From the NCBI GenBank assembly GCA_963649665.1, contig CAVJJO010000001.1, positions 6,435-70,434 on the forward strand: DNA of 64,000 bases, in the 5' to 3' direction. This document shows, piece by piece, positions 16,998 to 25,551 of the stretch; position 1 is the first letter of the stretch; each line of letters starts with the position of its first letter. The translations under genes and the position numbers were made by a program. Under the pieces are notes generated by a model. That model was not told the DNA's origin and did not search any database. It saw only the letters and a list, made by a program, of their open reading frames with translations. This stretch comes from Bacteroidaceae bacterium (GTDB lineage Bacteria; Bacteroidota; Bacteroidia; Bacteroidales; Bacteroidaceae).

Positions 16998-18272
16998 ATG
17001 AAAGTACTCCACGTCAACACATCCGACCACACCGGCGGTGCGGCAATAGCTGCATTGCGGCTCATAAAGGCTTTGCGGCAGAACGGCGTCGACGCCAAAC
17101 TCCTTTGTCGCGACCGCACGCTCCCTCTCGAGCGCACAGAAGTGGTCAGCCTCGCCCCCTCTCCTTGGCGCAAGCTTAAGTTTGCCCTCGAACGTGCCGA
17201 AATCTTCGCTGCAAACGGCTTCAGCAGAAAAGGGCTCTTTGCCGTCGACACAGCACGCTACGGCAACGACATCACGCTCCTTCCCGAGTTTGCCGAAGCC
17301 GACATCATTCACCTCCATTGGACAAACCAGGCCATGCTCTCCCTTCCCCTTCTTGAGAAAATACTCAAGAAAGGAAAACCCGTAGTGTGGACCATGCACG
17401 ACATGTGGACCTTTACCGGCGTGTGCCACTATGCCGACAAATGTACCCAATGGCAGCAAGCCTGCCACCACTGCACGCAACTGCGTCGCCCCTCGGCAAA
17501 CGACTTGTCGGCACGCGTGTTCAAGCGCAAGGCAAAAGTCTACGCCCATCCCAACCTCACCCTCGTTGCTTGTAGCAATTGGCTCGCCGACCTTGCCCGC
17601 AAGGCACCCCTTCTTGAAGGCCATCGCATAGAGAGCATACCCAACCCCATCGACACCCAGTTCTACCAGCCCGCGGCCGACAAGGCCGAAGTGCGTCGCT
17701 CGCTCGGCATACCCACCGACAAGACGGTGCTCTTCTTCACCGCCTTCAAGGTGACCGATCCCAAGAAAGGCGTGGACTATCTCAGCGAAAGTCTCACCCT
17801 GCTCGTTCAGGAGCATCCCGAACTGCGCGAGAAACTTGTGCTCGTGCTCGGCGGACAACAGTCCGACACCATGGCCGACTCCTTCTGCATACCCACCGTG
17901 GCACTCCCCTTCGACAACAGCGAAGAAGTGATGCGCGCCCGTTACCAGGCAGCCGACCTCCTGCTCATGCCCACGCTTATGGACAATCTGCCCAACACCA
18001 TCGTGGAAGCCATGGCCTGCGGCGTGCCCGTTGTGGGCTTCAACGTGGGCGGACTGCCGCAGATGATAGAAACGGGAGTAAACGGCTATTTGGCCGACTA
18101 CTGCAACAGTCTCGATTTTGCCAACGGCATAGCCCGCATTCTCTCCTCTGCAAGTTATCCCGCACTTTGCCGCAACGCGCGTTCCAAAGCGTTGCAAGCC
18201 TATTCCGAAAAGGCAGTGGCAGAAAACTTCATCAAACTCTACAGCGAAGAACTCGCAAAATGCGCACGCTGA
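16998..18272 (+). CDS. glycosyltransferase family 4 (WcaC-like)
   Basis: GGAAIAALRL, IIHLHW, WTMHDMW, DNLPNTIVEAMACGVPVV. Confidence 0.9.
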   Translation: MKVLHVNTSDHTGGAAIAALRLIKALRQNGVDAKLLCRDRTLPLERTEVVSLAPSPWRKLKFALERAEIFAANGFSRKGLFAVDTARYGNDITLLPEFAEADIIHLHWTNQAMLSLPLLEKILKKGKPVVWTMHDMWTFTGVCHYADKCTQWQQACHHCTQLRRPSANDLSARVFKRKAKVYAHPNLTLVACSNWLADLARKAPLLEGHRIESIPNPIDTQFYQPAADKAEVRRSLGIPTDKTVLFFTAFKVTDPKKGVDYLSESLTLLVQEHPELREKLVLVLGGQQSDTMADSFCIPTVALPFDNSEEVMRARYQAADLLLMPTLMDNLPNTIVEAMACGVPVVGFNVGGLPQMIETGVNGYLADYCNSLDFANGIARILSSASYPALCRNARSKALQAYSEKAVAENFIKLYSEELAKCAR

Positions 18273-18334
18273 AAGCCACGTCGCATTTTCCCCGACAAAT
18301 CCCCCATACTCCTTATTATATATAACACCAAATC

Positions 18335-19117
18335 ATGCCTCCGCTAAAAATCACCGTCGCTACGGTTACGTACAATGCCGGTGCGCTCGTTTCGCGAACC
18401 ATCAAAAGCGTGGAAGAGCAAACCTACCCCTACGTGGAACACGTAATCGTGGACGGTAACTCGCAGGACGAAACCCTCGAACACATCCACCACTATCAGG
18501 AACGCAACAGTGTGGCCGCCGTGCGCCACGAAATTCAGTGCATCAGCGAGCCCGACGAAGGACTCTACGACGCTATGAACAAGGCCATAGACATGGCCAC
18601 GGGCGACTACATACTCTTCCTCAACGCCGGCGACACCCTTCACGACGCCGACACCCTGGCTGAAGTGGCATGCTGCGCTGAAAACTCCAAGCGCAAAGCC
18701 GCCGTGCTTTACGGCAACACCCACATCGTGGACAGCAACGGCAACTTCGAGCGCGAGCGCCGCCTCACGCCCCCCGAGCACCTCACGTGGCGCTCCTTCA
18801 AGAGCGGTATGCTCGTGTGTCATCAGGCATTCTTCGCCCATACCGCCATAGCCCGCAAAATCCACTACGATTTGCGCTACCGCTTTTCCGCCGACTTCGA
18901 TTGGTGCATACGCATCATGCGGCAGGCAGCGCGCGAAAACTTATCCCTCGTGAATACACACCGCGTGGTGGCAGACTACCTCCACGAAGGACTTTCCACC
19001 ATACACCACAAGGCTTCGCTTCGCGAGCGCTTCAACATCATGACGCGCCACTACGGCCTCGCCTCCACCCTCGCACACCATGCGTGGTTTGTGCTGCGGC
19101 AGTTTACGAAGAAGTAG
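18335..19117 (+). CDS. glycosyltransferase family 2
   Basis: ITVATVTYN, IVDGNSQD, SEPDEGLYDAMNKA, FLNAGD, CHQAFF. Confidence 0.92.
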   Translation: MPPLKITVATVTYNAGALVSRTIKSVEEQTYPYVEHVIVDGNSQDETLEHIHHYQERNSVAAVRHEIQCISEPDEGLYDAMNKAIDMATGDYILFLNAGDTLHDADTLAEVACCAENSKRKAAVLYGNTHIVDSNGNFERERRLTPPEHLTWRSFKSGMLVCHQAFFAHTAIARKIHYDLRYRFSADFDWCIRIMRQAARENLSLVNTHRVVADYLHEGLSTIHHKASLRERFNIMTRHYGLASTLAHHAWFVLRQFTKK

Positions 19118-19170
19118 ACTGACGACACGCTCCGTCATGGGGCGCAAAATCCTTTTCCAAATACATTCCT

Positions 19171-19632
19171 ATGGACCTTCACGAAAGCTACATTTGGGCC
19201 GCACGCCGCTGTTCCATGAAGGAATATTGCCGCTACGACATCGTGGCCAAACTCATTGCCAAAGGGGCAAGCGAGAGCGATGCCCAAGCTGCGGCCGACA
19301 AGCTCGAAGAAGAGAATTACCTCAACGACGAGCGCTTCGTGCGCGCTTTCGTGGCGGACAAATTCCGTTTCGACCATTGGGGAAAGCAGAAGATAGTGCA
19401 GGCGCTTCGCCTCAAGGGATTCTCGCAGCGCTATGCCGAAGAGGCTTTCCACGAAACGGTTCACGAAGAAGACTACACCGCCGCGCTTCGTGAATTCCTC
19501 GCCGCCAAACTCCGCACCACGAAGGCCGACACTCCCTTCGCCCAACGCCAGAAAGTGGCGCGCTCGGCCATCAGCCGCGGCTTCGAACCTCATCTCGTGT
19601 TCAATGCGCTCAGCATGGATGACTTCCAATGA
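19171..19632 (+). CDS. recX: regulatory protein RecX
   Basis: YLNDERFVRAFV...WGKQKIVQALRLKG, SRGFE. Confidence 0.85.
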   Translation: MDLHESYIWAARRCSMKEYCRYDIVAKLIAKGASESDAQAAADKLEEENYLNDERFVRAFVADKFRFDHWGKQKIVQALRLKGFSQRYAEEAFHETVHEEDYTAALREFLAAKLRTTKADTPFAQRQKVARSAISRGFEPHLVFNALSMDDFQ

Positions 19633-19707
19633 AACGCATAGTATAAACGGCGGATATCCTATTGCCGCCTATCCTTCATAAGAACCTTATCGTAAACCTA
19701 TACCTTC

Positions 19708-20940
19708 ATGAAACTGATTAGCTATCTCTTTTCCGCCACGCTACTCCTTGCCGGATGTACGTCGGACCTCGCAGAAGGTTTGCAACCCGAGTCGAACGCC
19801 GTCAAGACCGATGCTTCCACCGATTACCAGGAGGAACTCTTTCCTCAGGGCGATGGAGCCACGATGCTCAGTACCACCACCGCCAAAGGCGTATGGCAAA
19901 TTCTTGAAAAGTTCGACAAAGCTCGTGCGCTCACCATGGGCGAAACGTCTATCACCGACGCGCAATTCCAGGAAATAAAGACTTTCGTGGACGAGAACCT
20001 CAAGGCTGGCAACGACTACGACACCTACTGCAACATCTTTAGCTGGATATACAAGAACATGACCTATGCCAGCGACGGCATGGCCTACCTCAATCCCTAC
20101 GAAGTGTTCGTCAACAAGCGCTGCATTTGCCAGGGCTACGCCAACTTGCTCAAGACCATGTGCCTCACGCAAGGCATTCCCTGCTTCATAGCCAATGGAT
20201 GGCTCGGCACCATCGGCGGACATGCCTGGAACTACGTCTATGCCGGCGACAAATGGATTGTGAGCGACCCTACGAACAATATGCAGTTCGATGCCGTAAA
20301 CGTCACTTCGTACCAGAGCAAGCTTATTCCCCAGCGCCTCGACGTTACGGTTTTTGAGGACGACAATTTTGCCTACAACTATCAGGACAACGAACTCAAC
20401 GTGCAGCAGGTGAAGCCCACGCCCAATGCTTACGTCGTGGTGCCCTGGAGTGTGAGCGGATTGCGCATTGGTTCCTTCCATCCCACTACAGCCCTGCCGA
20501 ACAACGTCACGCAACTTTACATTGGAAAGAACATCGGTTCGTTCGGTTCCGAGCCCGCCTCGCTTTCCTCCTTCACCCCACGTCTTGCCGAAGTGTTCGT
20601 CGATCCCAAGAGCACGAAACTCAGTTCCTACAAAGGCGTGGTCTACAAAGGCAAGTCGGGTACCACGCCTTACTACATTCCCACTGCTATCACGCGGCTT
20701 GAACTGCGCGCCATGAAGACGATGGAGAAGAACGTCATCGTCAATCTTAGCCATGTGGAGGAAATCGTCATAGCTGAAGGCACAGAGCGCATTGAGGCCT
20801 ACGCTGTGGAAAACTGTCCGAAGCTCAAGACGGCCTACATTCCCGAGTCCGTCAGCTATGTGGACAGCAAAGCCTTCTACCGTTGCGGCAACGTGTCCAT
20901 CGTGCGCACTCCCACGGGCATCAAGGAAGTGACGAAATAA
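19708..20940 (+). CDS. lipoprotein with transglutaminase-like domain and BspA-type LRRs
   Basis: Lipobox LLLAGC; Cys-His-Asp motifs CICQGYA / GHAWN / VSDPT; IEAYAVENCPKLKTAYIPESVSYVDSKAF repeats. Confidence 0.8.
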   Translation: MKLISYLFSATLLLAGCTSDLAEGLQPESNAVKTDASTDYQEELFPQGDGATMLSTTTAKGVWQILEKFDKARALTMGETSITDAQFQEIKTFVDENLKAGNDYDTYCNIFSWIYKNMTYASDGMAYLNPYEVFVNKRCICQGYANLLKTMCLTQGIPCFIANGWLGTIGGHAWNYVYAGDKWIVSDPTNNMQFDAVNVTSYQSKLIPQRLDVTVFEDDNFAYNYQDNELNVQQVKPTPNAYVVVPWSVSGLRIGSFHPTTALPNNVTQLYIGKNIGSFGSEPASLSSFTPRLAEVFVDPKSTKLSSYKGVVYKGKSGTTPYYIPTAITRLELRAMKTMEKNVIVNLSHVEEIVIAEGTERIEAYAVENCPKLKTAYIPESVSYVDSKAFYRCGNVSIVRTPTGIKEVTK

Positions 20941-20962
20941 AAACGCAACCGCCTAAAACGAG

Positions 20963-21004
20963 CAATCCCCGCTGCAACGCTTTGCGTGCAGCGGGGATTG
21001 TTTT
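20963..21004. terminator. bidirectional terminator
   Basis: CAATCCCCGCTGCA...TGCAGCGGGGATTG between convergent genes. Confidence 0.75.
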
Positions 21005-21043
21005 GCTTTAGCCTGTGGAGAGGCATCGGCTTTGCGAAGAGAA

Positions 21044-21313
21044 TTACTTACGCAGACCGAGAGCCTTCACGATGGCACGATAACGCTCGATGTCCTTGCG
21101 CTTGAGGTAGTTGAGGAGCGCACGGCGCTTACCTACCATCTTCACGAGTGAGCGTTCAGTCGTATGATCTTTACGGTTTTGCTTCATGTGCTCCGTCAAG
21201 TGGGCAATACGGTAAGAGAACAAGGCCACCTGGCTCTCTGCAGAACCCGTGTCCGAATTAGACTGTCCGTACTTGCCAAAGATCTCTTTCTTCTTTTCAG
21301 AATCTAAGTACAT
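21044..21313 (-). CDS. rpsO: 30S ribosomal protein S15
   Basis: DTGSAESQVALF...HLTEH...KDH...RRALLNYL...LGLRK; TAACTTTG box (minus strand) at 21366-21373. Confidence 0.98.
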   Translation of the reverse strand: MYLDSEKKKEIFGKYGQSNSDTGSAESQVALFSYRIAHLTEHMKQNRKDHTTERSLVKMVGKRRALLNYLKRKDIERYRAIVKALGLRK

Positions 21314-21523
21314 TGTGTAACGTTGAATTGGATTAAAAATGTTGCCATCTTTCCGATAGCGGCTGCAAAGTTACTGTCTTTCTGACGATTGACAAATCTT
21401 TTCGTCCCTTTTTGATGGCCATTTCGTGCTTCGTGCCGAATTTTTTGTTCCTTTTGCACGGTTTTTGGCCTTGCGCGAGGTGTTGTGGCGCCGAAAAGGC
21501 ATGGAATCTAACTGAAAAGGCAC

Positions 21524-21761
21524 AAAAAAAGAGCGCACCGGCTTCAACAGCCAACGCGCTTCCGAGAACTTTAACTAACAAATAGCATGAAAAAACAAAT
21601 TCTTGAAACTGGTCTTCCCTCGTATGCCGTAGCACGTAGGGGAGACTTGTCACGCTGACCTTCACAGGCTTGCGTCGACAGATTAGCATTTTATCAAATC
21701 AAAAGAAGGGCTTCGCCACGTCATTACAAACTCTCATTGACGGGCGCTTGCCTTTTCTTTA
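21524..21761 (-). ncRNA. candidate small RNA (~240 nt)
   Basis: Minus-strand TACATTTG box at 21767-21774; terminator-like GCGCGTTGGCT...AGCCGGTGCGC plus T7 ending at 21524; no convincing ORF on that strand. Confidence 0.5.
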
Positions 21762-22113
21762 CAGTGCAAATGTACAACGGCTGCTTCTAAGCCGAGATTG
21801 GAAAAATCGTCAAACTCCACAAAAACTCGTCATTCCCCTTTCGTTGACGAATTTTTGGCAAAAACGTGGTCTTTTGCTATCCTCTTTGAACAATTATTGC
21901 CCTTATCGGGCTGTTAAGGGTGATTCTTCTCACACCGCAATGCCGAAAAATTAGTCTTTGCCGCGAACGGATTCTTTCATCGCACTACGGAATTGGAAGC
22001 GAAAAGTACCTCCGTATTCATCGCGGAAATGCAATTTTTCAGACATTCGTTTCAGAAAATCCCCATGCTGTTGTATCTTTGGGCTTTCAATACACGAAAA
22101 CTGTATCACTTTT

Positions 22114-24666
22114 ATGCTATCCAATCTACCACACCGACTTTTCTTTCGCCCTTTGGCACTGCTCGTAGTGGCTGCCGTTTCGTTTACAATGTCTGCGTAT
22201 GCCGCATCTGCCGTTGCCGATGAAGGCAGCGTGGCACAGACTGCCGCTACCACCGCCGGCAACTACGATTTCTCGCCCTATACCGCCGAGACCATGCTTG
22301 AGCTTTTTGCCAAAGCACTCGACGATGGGCGCACCGTGCCCACTGAAGCAGAGTTTACTGCGGCTGGTTTTCTTCCCACCGACCTTGCCTTCATCCGTTC
22401 CCACGTGAAGAAAGCCCCCATACTCGATAGAAGCGACCGTTTGGTAGACCTTACTTATAAGGACCGCCAGCTCTTCCTCAACTTTCCCTGCGCTACGGAG
22501 GAAAACAAGCAGGGAGGTTTCCCCAGCGGTAAGTTCAACACCGACTGCTTCTCCATGTGGCAGTACACCAATCTCTACGGCGCTTGGAACCACAGCTTCT
22601 TCCAGACTCCCGCGGCATGGGTCGACGCTGCCCACCGCAACGGCACCGACATGCTTTCCGGACTTGAGTTTTTCGAAAGTTGGAACAGCGGCGATGCTGC
22701 GTGGGTGGAGTTTTGCACCAAACGCAATGCCGACGGCTCCTTCCGCTACGTAAAGCCCCTCATCAACGCGCTCCTTTATTTCGGCCACGACGGCATCAAC
22801 TTCAACTGGGAAGACGACCACTACGCCAACGTCGACGTGGTGGCTTTCCACAAAGCTCTTTATAAAGAAGCCGAGCGTGTGGGTTTCGACAACTTCCATG
22901 TGATGATGTACACCTCTAACACCGCTTTGGGTTACTCCGTGAGCGATGCCATCTTCGGCTCGAAAGCCACCGGTAAGACCACCGACCTCATGCTCAACTA
23001 TGCCGACGGCGATTTTTCCTCCGAAATGTTCGGTTCCGCCATGTATGCCGAGCAACTCATGGGCACTTGCGAAGGCCTTTATGCAGGTGTGCACATTCTC
23101 ACCATGGACCGCTCGTGGGACATGCTCAGTCCGCGTTACCTTGAAATAGACGACGAAGAATCCCTTGCTTATCTTACCCACTGCGGCATCTGCCTATGGG
23201 GCGAACACGGTTCAACCTGGTTTTGGGGACGCAATGAGGGAGCGACCGACACCCTGTTTCAGGACAATTACCAGCGCCTTCTTGAGCGCGGATTCTCCGG
23301 CGGAAACCGCAATCCGGCCGACCGTCCCATGCCCTCCTCTACAGGCAACAACTGGCAGACGACTGCCGACGGCAAGGCGCCCCTTTCCACTTTCTGCGGA
23401 CTTGCCGAATACATCCCCGAGCGTTCTGCCATTCAAGGCGCACTGCCTTTTGTAACCCATTTCAATCTTGGCAACGGCGCCGTGTATGCCTATAAGGGTA
23501 AACGCACGGCAGGAGCCTGGACCAACCTCAGCATGCAGGACTATGTGCCCACTTTCCGCTGGCTGGTGCTCAAGGCCGGTACGGACCAGGTGTCTACCGA
23601 CGTGCAACCCGAATTTTCTCACAACGATGCTTACATCGGCGGCTCCTGCCTGAGTCTGAAGGGCACGGCCACCGCAGAAGGAACCGATATTGTGCTCTAC
23701 AAAACCTCCCTCACCGCCGTTGCGCAGCCCACGGCACGCCTTGCCGTGAAAACGGGACTCTCCGGTGCCAATGCCTCGCACCTCAGTCTGTTGCTCCGCC
23801 TCAAAGGCAGCACGCAGTGGAAGGAATATGAGGTAGGCGACGTACAGGGCGTGGTGTGGAACGAAAAGGAAATAGCCCTTCCCGGCATAGCTCAAGGCGA
23901 CGTGATAGACCGCATAGCCCTTCGTGTGAAGGGTGGGGGAGAAGCGCTCAACGTGTGGGTGGGAAAACTCCTTCTTGACGACGGCACGACGACGGCAACT
24001 TCTTCCGTGTCGGACGTAGTGGCAGAAGTGCGTGAGGAAACGAAGACCTCCCTCAGCGTGAAACTGGCATGGGACGTAGCAGCCAAAGACGCTCAGCGTG
24101 CCGACTGGCAGATGCTTACCAACGATGAGGCCAATGTGCACCATTTCGAAGTGCTTCTCCGCCACGGCGAAAACGGCCGCGTGAGTGAAGTGATGCGCAC
24201 CGCCTCGTGGGCAGCCCTTGTGCCCCACATCACTTTCACCGATGCCGACGACTATGTGTATGTAGGCGTGCGTGCCGTGTCCACCGACCTTCACACCTGC
24301 TCTCCCGTAGTGTGGACACGCATTCCCCGCAGTGCGCAGGCCGACCTTCCCGACGACAAGACCCCTGCCGACCTCACCTTCTCCACGATGGACCGCGGCA
24401 CGGCCGACGAGCCCGATGGGCTTGCCGACAATCCCAGCGGAATAGACGACGCTTCCTCTGCTGCCGTGCCCACAGTCAAGGTTAGCGGTCGCAACCGCAT
24501 AAGCGTGACGGGTGCCGACCGCGTGTGGATTTACACTCCCGACGGCCGTCTCCTCTCACAGCAGGCGTGCAGCGGAACGACCGAAATGTCCGTTCCCCTT
24601 TCCGGCAGCTACGTGGTGCGCATGCAGCGCGGAAGAGTGGTGCACAGCGTAGTGCTTTCGCTTTGA
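22114..24666 (+). CDS. GH85-family endo-beta-N-acetylglucosaminidase with T9SS-type CTD
   Basis: WQYTNLYGAWNH, WVDAAHRNG, catalytic-type DGINFNWE, LPFVTHFNLGNG, DAYIGGSCL; C-terminal SGI...IYTPDGRLL...GSYVVR. Confidence 0.85.
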   Translation: MLSNLPHRLFFRPLALLVVAAVSFTMSAYAASAVADEGSVAQTAATTAGNYDFSPYTAETMLELFAKALDDGRTVPTEAEFTAAGFLPTDLAFIRSHVKKAPILDRSDRLVDLTYKDRQLFLNFPCATEENKQGGFPSGKFNTDCFSMWQYTNLYGAWNHSFFQTPAAWVDAAHRNGTDMLSGLEFFESWNSGDAAWVEFCTKRNADGSFRYVKPLINALLYFGHDGINFNWEDDHYANVDVVAFHKALYKEAERVGFDNFHVMMYTSNTALGYSVSDAIFGSKATGKTTDLMLNYADGDFSSEMFGSAMYAEQLMGTCEGLYAGVHILTMDRSWDMLSPRYLEIDDEESLAYLTHCGICLWGEHGSTWFWGRNEGATDTLFQDNYQRLLERGFSGGNRNPADRPMPSSTGNNWQTTADGKAPLSTFCGLAEYIPERSAIQGALPFVTHFNLGNGAVYAYKGKRTAGAWTNLSMQDYVPTFRWLVLKAGTDQVSTDVQPEFSHNDAYIGGSCLSLKGTATAEGTDIVLYKTSLTAVAQPTARLAVKTGLSGANASHLSLLLRLKGSTQWKEYEVGDVQGVVWNEKEIALPGIAQGDVIDRIALRVKGGGEALNVWVGKLLLDDGTTTATSSVSDVVAEVREETKTSLSVKLAWDVAAKDAQRADWQMLTNDEANVHHFEVLLRHGENGRVSEVMRTASWAALVPHITFTDADDYVYVGVRAVSTDLHTCSPVVWTRIPRSAQADLPDDKTPADLTFSTMDRGTADEPDGLADNPSGIDDASSAAVPTVKVSGRNRISVTGADRVWIYTPDGRLLSQQACSGTTEMSVPLSGSYVVRMQRGRVVHSVVLSL

Positions 24667-24695
24667 GGAGCGTGGAAACAGCACGCCCGATATTG

Positions 24696-24747
24696 ATAAA
24701 GGGTGGCTCTATAAATTGCCTTGACAATTTATGGAGCCACCCTTTAT
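24696..24747. terminator. long stem-loop after the GH85 gene
   Basis: ATAAAGGGTGGCTCTATAAATTG...CAATTTATGGAGCCACCCTTTAT. Confidence 0.7.
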
Positions 24748-24887
24748 AGTACAAGTTCTGCAAATCATAGGCGAGTGTATGGGGCGCAGCGCATGTAGGC
24801 AGTACTCCGTTCTGGCAGTTGTGCACGAAGGGTGAAGCGAAGCACGGAAAGCGACTGTGCAGCATGCGGAAGTTATGGCGTGGCCGT

Positions 24888-24926
24888 GTAGAGCGCGAGG
24901 TTTTAAAAAACCTCGCCCCCATGGGC
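24888..24926 (+). repeat. GTAG REP-like unit
   Basis: GTAGAGC-GCGAGGTTTT-AA-AAAACCTCGC-CCCCATGGGC. Confidence 0.8.
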
Positions 24927-25016
24927 AGTTTTGCACTCGCTTATGTGCGGTTTTTCGCTTGACGGCGGGCGGTTTTCCTGCATCCGTATCCAGTAAAAAT
25001 TTGCTCCTGGCAAATT

Positions 25017-25053
25017 CAAATTATCCCAAGGCCCAACACGTTGGGCCTTGGGA
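25017..25053. repeat. palindromic module shared with 3425-3457
   Basis: AAATTATCCCAAGGCCCAACACGTTGGGCCTTGGGA. Confidence 0.8.
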
Positions 25054-25551
25054 AAGTTCTTCGTATCCGTTAGCATTTTTCGTGGAGATGCCGCAGAGGC
25101 TTTGTTCGATGCCTTGCGCGTGTGAGCAGGCAAGTATGAAATTACTCTCACTTCACCCTTCGGTTCAGCTGGTTGTTTGCCTTTGAAGGTTTCGACTTGC
25201 CCACACGTTTTCCCGACGACTTCTTTCCCTTATGTTCCGCCCGTGCTTTCCAGGCAAACGGATTGTGGCTGCGCGAAGCATTTGATTTCTGCATGATGGC
25301 TTGCTTGTTGTTCGTTCTTTATATGGCTAAAAAGCCCCGTGCCTTCATGCGCAAAATGCCCTTCAGGCTGCGAAGCTGAGCCGCAAAGTTAAGATTTATT
25401 CGCAAAACCTTTGCCGTTAGCGAACTATTGCATATTTTCGCCCTTGATGCATAGCACTTTGCACAGTAAAGCTCTGCTGCGATGCACATTCTGCCGTTGC
25501 GCCAAGGCAACGGCACCTACCTCAAAAATCTAACCCCAAACCTTATTTATC

